A DNA stretch of 20,000 nt from Lama guanicoe (Eukaryota), in NCBI GenBank assembly GCA_013239625.1, contig MU053551.1:60276-80275 (forward strand), written 5' to 3'. The position numbers were made by a program, and so were the translations under genes. Position 1 is the first letter of the stretch; every line of letters begins with the position of its first letter. The notes beneath the pieces were generated by a model, which saw only the letters and a list, made by a program, of their open reading frames with translations, was not told the origin of the DNA and made no database searches. This document shows positions 11,433 to 20,000 of the stretch, one piece after another.

Positions 11433-14400
11433 ATGCAAGATTATTTCTAAGCATCTCATGATTTAAACTTTTAGAAATAAACATTGGTTTATGAGTCAAA
11501 GAAGCTATCACTGTTCCCACAAAAGCTTTAGATTTCAAATATATAAAATGGCACTTAAGTTAGTTTGTAATTATTAGGTTATCTCAAAATGTTAAAACTC
11601 ATAAATTCTAATAATTCTAGGAAAAATGAGGGATTAATATATTGACTTTAATTACAATTTCCAAATTCCAAAGTAAATTTTAGACCTTAGACTAATATTA
11701 AAATATGTTAATAAATAATCTTTGGTTTCCTGGGTAATTTCAAAGCAAGCAAAAATAGAAGCTTTGATCATTAAACATAATTTTAATTTACCTTTTTTTT
11801 TTTTTTTACCATATAGAATGTGAAAATGCTTCTGTATGCTGTTATGTTTTGGTGCCTTTTTTTTTTTTGACAGTAGAATTTCTGAAGGTTATATGAAATA
11901 CATTATCTATAATAATAATAATATGAATGTGAAATTTGCTGGAATGACCCAGTTAACACAAATGGTATTCTATCTCCTTATAAAAAGAAAGATTAAAAAT
12001 TGTTCATGTGAGGAATGAAGCTTGCTTGAAATTCTACAAATTTTAATCAACTCATAATTGTGAGAATTATTTGTTTTCCAAACCTATAAAGTTCCATTGT
12101 CATAATTTATATGCATAAGTAGCCTTCTCATGTTAGGATTTAGGCTGAAACCCAAAGACTAGGTACTATTTACCAATTAATTCTTGTTAACAGATTTTAG
12201 TACACCTGTCAGTCCAGTATAATTCATGATATATCAATTTATAACATATGCCATATCATTTGATTGATTTATAGTATTAATCAAAAGCCTTGGAGATTTT
12301 TTACAATTCTCTTTGTGTATTTTTTCATTCAGGAATAATCATTTACATTCTTATAAATTAATTGAATGTCATTCCTAAAATGAGGATTCTGCCTTCAGTT
12401 TCATAAAATTTGAAGATTCTTTTGATGGTGGGCACAACATACTGACACTCAAGATAGATGAAAGGCTGAATGAGAGAAGGCCTTCACTGAGGGCATTACA
12501 AAGGTCAACCTGGGGATAAGATAACAGCAAGTTGGAATTCAAGGGACAGCTTATATGTGGCAAGTAGGGTGACATTAGCTAGATTTCATGAGTTCCCTGG
12601 GGATTGGCTCATTAAATAATTTGGATGGCTCTCGGGCAAATTGGCTATCATTCATTTTATGGTATCTAATCCAAGGAAGGTATACTGTGGCCTGAAGTAT
12701 GAGAACCTGGTAAGGTGAATGGTTGGGGAATGTGAACTTAATTAGCTGTTCAGAAAGGGAAACTGAGCCAGGACCTCAAAACTGGGCCATAGCAGTATTA
12801 AATAAACTCTCTTATACCTGCTTCCAGTGTGATCAAATCAGCCAACATATTTAATTGGCCCAAACTGTTCAGTTTTCCCCATAACAGAAATTTGGCTGCA
12901 ATCTTAAATCAGTATTTGTTGGACAATTTTGCTCAAAATTCCTGAGGCTGTCTCTAGTACATGTCCCGTCTGCCAACCTCATAATTCTGGCAAATATCTA
13001 TGAAAGTGGGATGTAGGTGTTTGAACACCAGCAAATGGAATTTATACAGTGGTGCCATTTAAATGAACAGGTACACATTCTTATTATTGTTTGTCTGTTT
13101 TCTGGATGGCTAGCAGCTTTGCTCAACAAAAAAATGACAATCTAAACATAACTTAAAAAAACACAAACTCAAAATTTTAATACTGTGTGTCCAGTTTGGG
13201 TTATCTAACTTAAATATCCAATACCAATGGGGAGACCTAGCAGGACCCTGCAGGGCACACACCCCCTCCCCCCCAAACCTCTGCCTCTTGTTTTTAGAAA
13301 AGATGAAATTACCCAGGCCTCTCTGAGTCATAAAAGAGCAGGCTCAAGCAGTTGATAATTAGGACAATAAAGTCACAGATTCATTATCAGATGCACATTC
13401 CTGAGATGTTTTACAGACACTATCCTTGCTACCAGAGGGAAAAAGGTAAACTGTGTGATGACCAGATCTCTTCCTTAGCCTCCCCTTCAGTAATCTCTTG
13501 AACTGTTAGAAATTCAAGGCTGTTGCCCCCAGGATCATACCCCTGCCCCCACCTTGAACAGAAACCAATTACTGCTATCTAAGTCACAGGAGAAGGCTGC
13601 AAAGAGATAAAAACAAACTGGTGATAACCAACTAGACCCAAGATGGGAGAGGATTTGACTTCCATTAGACCTTGAGCCTCATTATAATGCATTAGCATAC
13701 TAAATGACACACCCACCAGCACCAGGACAGTTGACAGTTGCCATAACAACAGCCAGAAAATCCTGCACAAGGACTGGAAAAAGTGATTGACTCCAACACA
13801 CTTGGAAGGAGGACATGATGGCAGCAGTCTCCAGGGAAAGCCCCCATGCCCCTACCTTGAGCTATAGCTCTCATCCTGCCACCTGGGCCAACAGTTCCCC
13901 ACTGGAGCACTTCTCTTCTCTTTTCCCCCACTCAAACACTTTCTTTCCCTTCTCTCTTTTGAGCAATAAAGGTGTCTTTCACTTTGTCTTTCTGCTTCTG
14001 CTGAGAATTCCTCAACTGGTGGGCAAGGATCCACACTTTTGGTGGGCTCTCTAAATTGGGAATCTCTCTATCTGCTAACAAAGGCATTCACTTTATGATT
14101 TTACATTTTATGAAAAGCTTTGCAGGACACTGGGAAAGTAGTTCTCCTTGGATTTTTCAGTGTTCCTGCAGGGTTCTGGCTTCCTGAACAATGGAAGTTG
14201 GCATGCTAAAAATAGAGACTGTCTCCTTTTGTCCTCTGGAAACATTTACTCTTTCACGTTTTCAGTGCATTTTGCACAGAGGCATGGGTTTGCATTTCAC
14301 AGGGGGCTGGATCCCTGAGCTGTTCCTTTACATTCGCATTCAAAATGGTTGTAAACTAGGGACCTTCCTCTTCTTGCCTCGGAGATGATTTGTTTTCATT

Positions 14401-14476
14401 AGGGACGTACGGTTTCTCTCTCTTTCAAGTGGGAGAGGAGTGTAGCTGTATATCAGTCACTTTATAAACTCATAAT
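11432..14476 (+). repeat. 3.04-kb tandem duplication, copy 2
   Basis: Head-to-tail with copy 1, sharing a single T at 11432. About 19 substitutions and 3 small indels relative to copy 1, counted by eye. Confidence 0.97.
13228..14080 (+). mobile_element. MER41-like ERV1 solo LTR (copy 2, produced by the tandem duplication)
   Basis: Differs from 10184-11036 by only 3 substitutions (copy-1 positions 10224, 10521, 10725) and has the same flanks. Confidence 0.75.
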
Positions 14477-14650
14477 TTCAGATTCCTCTCCTGCAGTATA
14501 AGAAAACCACTTTTTGTACGGGTGGCTAACCATCGGCCTCTCATTGCATCTTTCTGAGAGTGGGGTATGGAAAACTGATGCGGTCATTGCTGTAATTAAT
14601 AATAGTCTGATTCTAATCTGAAACTCTTAATGTTTGCTTTCAGAATAACA
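14121..14650 (+). mobile_element. Old ERVL-type LTR (MER54/MER73/MER74/LTR53-like group)
   Basis: Starts TGCAGGAC. The order 'tataaactc...ttcctctcctgcagt...aaaccact...ggaaaactgatgc...ttgctgtaattaataatagtc' resembles the TATA, R and degraded AATAAA layout of this group. The 3' boundary is approximate. Confidence 0.45.
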
Positions 14651-15734
14651 TAAATATCAGTATCAATGTTTTATCCAATGCTGCTCACCATCTACAAACA
14701 TCTTTGTCCTTATGATCCATCATCAGCAATGAAAATTGAGAGAACAAAGACACTTCAAAGCTTTCACAATCATCTAATGTATTATTATAAATTCTTAAGT
14801 CACTGAAGCCAGATTTATTACTAACAAGTACAAACAGCTTTTCTCAAGGATAAAGTATGGACTCCTTGTGTGACCTTTAGTTAAAAATTGGAAGTAACTC
14901 TGATTTAAGACTCCTTTTTTTATCTTATTGGAAAGAGCCTCATCAGATCCTGTTAACACAAACACTGCACTAAAAATCTGAGGAACTGACACTTAAGTTC
15001 ATGTCTCTTGTTAAAAAGAACTGACTCCTGGGCTCATGTCTCTTGGTTAAAAAGATATTATGTTTGTACTTCCAGAACTTCAGTGCTGGCAAGAGAACCT
15101 GATAACAAAGAATCTTGAATCAAGTAGCACAATGTTAAATATTCTAGGACCAGCACCGTGCAGATGTCAGGAGCCAATGATTGCCACACCTTAAACAAAC
15201 AAAAAACCCATTCTCTCTTTTTTTTTCCGTAATTCTGTTTTCCCTCTCTATTAATTTCAAATTCCTTTTATCTTGAGTTGTTTACATGTTGCAACATTCA
15301 AACAGACAAAAGGGTATGACTTAATGGCCTTTGGTGAGTTTCACTCCTTCCATATTAGCAAATTCACCTTCAGACTAGAAAGTCTCTTCCATACTGTTTT
15401 TGGGATCACATAAATATGTTAAGAAGTAATACTGTATTTTTTGTTTCTCCACATATTTCTAATATATTGTTTGCATGAGAATTTTAATTTCTATATTATC
15501 TTCCTAAGAGCTGTATATTAAATATATCACAAGGGATTTCCATCCTCTCCATTTCTTTGGGCAGACAATATGTGTCTTGAACAGGAGAGAAGAAAAGAAC
15601 AGAAAATTATGATTTTTAAAGAATTTTAGTTATCTCAGTGTATTAACTTGAAAACATGTGTAAGTTTAATCTTACTGCAGAGTGATTTAACAGGGGCATT
15701 ATACCGATTAATATTTGCAGCAGAGAGAGTTTTA

Positions 15735-16266
15735 TTTTTTTTATTTTTTTTATTGTAGTGTAGTCAGTTTACAGTGTTGTGTCAATTTCCAGTGTACAGC
15801 ATAATGCTTCAGTCATACATGAACATATATATTTTCATTTTCATATTTTTCAACATAAGTTACTATAATATATTGAATATCTCTCCCTGTGCTATACAGT
15901 AGGAACTTGTAGTTTATCTATTTTATGTGTATTAGTACCTGCAAATCTCGAACTCCCAATTTTTCCCTTCCCACCCCATTACCCCTCTGGTAACCATAAG
16001 TTTGTTTTCTATGTCTGTGAGTCTGTTTCTGTTTTGTGAATAAGTTTGTCTTTCTTTTTTTCTTTAAAGATCCCACATGTAAGTGATATCATATGGTATT
16101 TTTCTTTCTCTTTCTGGTTTGTTTGTCTTAGAATGACAATCTCCAGGTCCATCCATGTTGCTGCAAATGGCATTATTTTATCATTTTTATGGCTGAGTAG
16201 TATTCCATTGTATAAATATACCACAGCTTCTTTATTCAGTCATCTGTCGAGGACATTTAGGTTGTT
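15735..16266 (-). mobile_element. 5'-truncated LINE-1 (ORF2 C-terminus, 3' UTR and poly-A tail), lineage-specific
   Basis: The minus-strand peptide IMPFAATWMDLEIVIL...KEKYHMISLTCGI matches the L1 ORF2p C-terminal region. A T-rich tail lies at about 15735-15751. The TSD is CAGAGAGAGTTTTA (15721-15734) / CAGAGATAGTTTTA (16267-16280), at an L1 endonuclease TTTT/AA site. Confidence 0.93.
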
Positions 16267-17189
16267 CAGAGATAGTTTTAAAAAGTGCAGTGTTCCCTGA
16301 AGACAGAAAGTCTGTGCCAATGCATGAAACTCCAAAGAGATCTATATATAAGCTGTGTTATAACACATTTCTTTATTTCATTTTCATCAATGGGAAACTA
16401 GAAAACGTTAACAGAAAATGATCAATTCTTCCAGTTTGTGCATTTGTTTGTTTTAGTTAGAATTTAAACAAAATGCTGTTATTCTCAATCAATTTCTTAG
16501 TAGAGGATGAGAATTCATTAATAGTATAACTAATTAAGGTATCTAATTATTTTAACCAGTGGGTCCATGTTGATTTTGGAGCATAAAAATCATTATCAAA
16601 GTTCTATTGATGTAAACTCTGACGTTCTTTGTTAAATTTTGCCCTCATTTTAAATGGCAATTCCACATGGATGCAGATTTTTTAGACTGTGAATATATAC
16701 AGCATTTATTCTACTCTTTTTAGAAAATGTTATTTTTTATATTGTGAAAATCTGAAACAGTATGAACATGGTCAATCTGATTTGATGATTCTTACATAAA
16801 TAGACCTCTACAGTGTATATCAATTTTATTAAGAATAAATGTAAGCAGAATAATCAATAGTGTCTGTTAATTTATTATTCAAATAGCATTTATTAGATGC
16901 TTGTTATGTATTAGACACAAAGAGTATTTTTAAATGAATAGCATTTGATTACTACCAATTATCTCATTCACAGAAGTGTTCAGTGAGGTTATAAAATAGG
17001 CAAATGGGTCAAGGATCAAATGATTAGTAACCAAACTTTTACCTTTGGTTAATATTGATATACCTCAGCTATCTGTAACAAACCAGTTATGTATTAGATG
17101 TTTTCCTTAGAATCTGTGAGTAATATTGCTAATTTGGTTGAGAACTGACCTGTAAACTCCTATATAGAGTTCTAAATACTTTGCTATTT

Positions 17190-17560
17190 TGCAGGATGGA
17201 CCTCCCCCCCAACCCCAATGTGCATTCATATGTTGAAGCTGATGACACATCACTCACCGAGAGAATCTGACAGAAGGTCCTCATACCAGGGACTCCTGGG
17301 GAAATCAGTTTGTGCAAACAGGTAAGAGGTGGCTTGGGCAAAGCAGAGGGGGTGGGTTTATAGCTATTAAAATGTGTAACCAGGGGAATGTTCTGACACC
17401 CAGTCAGGAGATGTATGAGATTTTAAATTTCCCACCTGCTCCAAAGGAGAAAGTGTGTGCTGGCTCCTTCATCAGCTTGTCCAGAGTGGGGCCAAAGGGG
17501 AAAAACGATTGCGAGTTAAAAAGAAGTCAACAGTCAAACATCATAAATGTGGGCATCTGT
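17190..17560 (-). mobile_element. Old ERVL-type LTR relic (MER76/MER70-like)
   Basis: 'tgaagctgatgacacatcactcaccgagag', 'gggtttatagctatta' and 'aagtcaacagtcaaacatca' resemble the antisense of a recalled ERVL LTR consensus. Forms a GC-richer island. Confidence 0.45.
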
Positions 17561-17629
17561 AAAATGTATGTGATGAATCGTCTTTAGGCTAATGATTTTT
17601 TAGCCTATTTTTGAAAAGTACTATGGCAT

Positions 17630-17835
17630 CTCAAAAAGAACATAAGCTTTAGGATAAAGCAGAACTAGGATTTGATTTCATTCTCTGCTTTAAAGTATCA
17701 TGTGGTTTTCACTAAGTCATTTTACACCTGTTGGATTCAGAATTTTGTTTTGTTTTGATTTTCTTCTTTAAAACTGAGTTAATTCTTAATCTGTATTGTG
17801 ACTTTAACCCTCATGGTAAAGACAAGGTAGTACAT
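17630..17835 (+). mobile_element. MIR SINE fragment
   Basis: 'agaactaggatttgatttcattctctgct...tgtggttttcactaagtcattttacacct...aaaactgagttaat' follows the order of the MIR core. Highly diverged. Confidence 0.45.
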
Positions 17836-19188
17836 ATCAAGCAGTTTGACAAATATTTTACTTTGTGTTTTATTTTCTTGAAATAATATGAGTAACTACG
17901 ATTCTTGATACGTGTTTCCAAAGAAGATCCTTTGTAGGAACTCAGTGAAGCTAAGTATTTCATGCGTTATATTATGTGGGCTTCACGCTCTGTACATTAA
18001 TGGAACTTCCTGAATGAAACCAATCTGTTCAGATAGATGGTGCAGGAACTTACCTTTGTCTTATTAGATATGTCTAGGTAGAGGTAAAGAGAAAGGCTGG
18101 AAAATGCGAGGGCTGCAGAGGAAAATGTTAATACTGAATTCTGAGACCCTAGAACTTCTGCGAATAGGTTTTGAGAATAACCAGGAAGTATTAGATTTTA
18201 GATGTTGCAAAATCAACTCTTTTTAATTATTAGTATAGGAATGTATCTTGAGTAAAGAGTTTTAATATATGAGCTTTTAATGAAATATTTTTAAGGAGAC
18301 ATTTAATGTTCTTTTTGGTAAAAGTATATTACTTTCTCTTTATAAATTACAAAATGTTACTTAGCAGACACAGTTCTCATTGTGAATATATTCAAGGAAA
18401 ATGATACTAGGAAAATGAGGATTTTTCATTCCAAAATTTATTTAAATATTTTTCTCTTTTGTACGTTGTTCTAAAGGTTATTCCTAAAGTTATTTCAAAG
18501 ACTTCTTTCTAATATCTGCCATGCACTCGGATATAAATAGTTTTCAACAAAGCAGCACAGTTAAAACTCAAATACTTAATATCAGGGAGACCAAAGTACA
18601 AAATACATGTTGTATTTCAACACATATTCAGGGAACATCTTGTATTCAGATAATAAATTTCACATTTAAAATTATTTACTATGGAAACTAGCGGTATAGA
18701 GTAAATAGCTTTCTTCCCTTAAATTAATGGTTTAAGCATTTCTTGAAAATGTTATAGGCTTTTAAAAAATTTAATGACTTTTTCCATTTTATATTAAAAA
18801 TCAACTTCAATATGTCAGAGATGTTAGTGAGTCAAATATGCATGTAAATTATATAAAATTGGACAGCTAGTCTGTGTAAAGAAGTTAATGATTGCTAATA
18901 TTTGAGCTATAAAGACTTTAAATGATCAGCACAGTTGCAGTATAATTAACTGAAATTACTTTAATAAAACCAGTAATTGATTTTGAAACTAGAGCAGTAT
19001 ATTTAAAAATCTACATCGTATTCAGTGTATGCACTGTTATTATATTAAAATCAAGACTTTGTTGTAGAAGTCTTGATAAGGAAAAATCATGAAAAAAATA
19101 CATGTATGTGACAAATAAAATACTCTTAATGGTCTACATATAAGGACAATTTGATATTCTCTCAGGATGGGAAACTTTTATTTTAAGA

Positions 19189-19718
19189 TGTTGCTGATAG
19201 ATGCAACTGGTGTTCCAGGTTCTTGTCCCATCCCAGAAAGAATTCAGAGACAAGACTTAGAGGTTAAAAAAGGTAAAGTGAGGTTTTCTTAAAGGATGGA
19301 TGGTACACTCTCAGCGGAGAGCAGGCAGGCTCAGGTGAGTGGCTGCCCTGAGTTTCTTTGGCAAGTTAGTTACATAGGGTGTAAAAATGAATGGGCTGAA
19401 AATTCTTTGGGGAGGAAAGGCTTTGGGGGTTGCATTCCCTGATCATCATCCCAACTCCACCTTCCCAAAGGGAGGAGGGATTTTTGTCCTTATTTAGTCT
19501 GGATCGGAAGTGTCATGGCATCAGTGCATGATGGGTACTTCTGATCTGCAAGGCTAATTTTATTGATATGAGGGCATAATGAGCAAAAGGTTACATTAGG
19601 ACACTAGAAATTCCTGCCTTTTCTCACCTGCGTTCTTCTCCAGGCCACTTGTCCTTCCAAAAGGCATGATCCCTTATCAGCCCCAAGGTTCCTGCTTTTC
19701 TTTCTCTGCCCAAGGACC
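19189..19718 (-). mobile_element. ERV1-type LTR, partial, running into the assembly gap
   Basis: The plus strand begins TGTTGCTGA (minus-strand end ...CAACA). 'ccaggttcttgtcc...aaagaattcagagacaagac' and 'gtcatggc...ataatgagc' resemble antisense ERV1 LTR motifs. Confidence 0.65.
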
Positions 19719-19873
19719 NNNNNNNNNNNNNNNNNNNNNNNNNNNNNNNNNNNNNNNNNNNNNNNNNNNNNNNNNNNNNNNNNNNNNNNNNNNNNNNNNN
19801 NNNNNNNNNNNNNNNNNNNNNNNNNNNNNNNNNNNNNNNNNNNNNNNNNNNNNNNNNNNNNNNNNNNNNNNNN
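19719..19873. other. Assembly gap (155 N)
   Basis: Run of N bases. Confidence 0.99.
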
Positions 19874-20000
19874 ATGCAACACTCCTGTGTTCAGCTTAGG
19901 CCAGCATCTAAGCGTCTTTCCGTGCCAGCCCTTTGTATCTGGCATCTCGGCTCAGGCTCGGGGAGGCAGGGAGGGCACAGTAGCCATGAGCATAGCATAG

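Noticed and set aside
10184..14080. Two near-identical LTRs 3 kb apart read as a young provirus (LTR-internal-LTR)
   Set aside because: The flanks of both LTRs are duplicated too. There is no primer-binding site, polypurine tract or gag/pol/env sequence between them, so this is a duplicated solo LTR.
14999..15055. Direct repeat TCATGTCTCTTG(G)TTAAAAAGA, two copies with a 14-bp spacer (superficially CRISPR-like)
   Set aside because: Only two units, a mammalian context and no cas genes. A local micro-duplication explains it.
16009..16224. 71-aa ORF with a recognisable peptide
   Set aside because: It is a frameshifted remnant of the LINE-1 ORF2 C-terminus, not a host gene.
16865..16930. Possible L2 3'-end fragment ('attcaaatagcatttattagatgcttgttatgtattagacac')
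   Set aside because: Too short and AT-rich to call without a profile search.
93..19945. The short ORFs (60-113 aa) in the supplied track as protein-coding genes
   Set aside because: They have random or low-complexity composition and no recognisable domains. Many lie within repeats or span the N gap. The repeated ORF pairs simply reflect the tandem duplication.

Overview
AT-rich, CpG-depleted mammalian non-coding DNA (intergenic or deep intronic). No credible protein-coding gene, RNA gene or CRISPR array was found. The ORF track is short chance ORFs, apart from a LINE-1 ORF2 C-terminal remnant at 16009-16224. The window is mostly transposon relics: about ten solo or partial retroviral LTRs, a 5'-truncated L1 with a clear target-site duplication, old L1, MIR and DNA-transposon fragments, a (GT)n microsatellite and a 155-N assembly gap. 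The L1 3' UTR resembles camelid/cetartiodactyl L1s from memory. The most notable structures are (1) a ~3.04 kb head-to-tail tandem duplication (8391-11432 / 11432-14476), ~99.8% identical except for one ~360 bp patch at ~4% divergence, which doubles a MER41-like ERV1 LTR, and (2) a 252 bp tandem duplication inside an LTR33-like element whose six differences are all CpG transitions. I found no evidence of a novel biological system. Repeat family names are recalled resemblances, not search results, and difference counts were made by eye.
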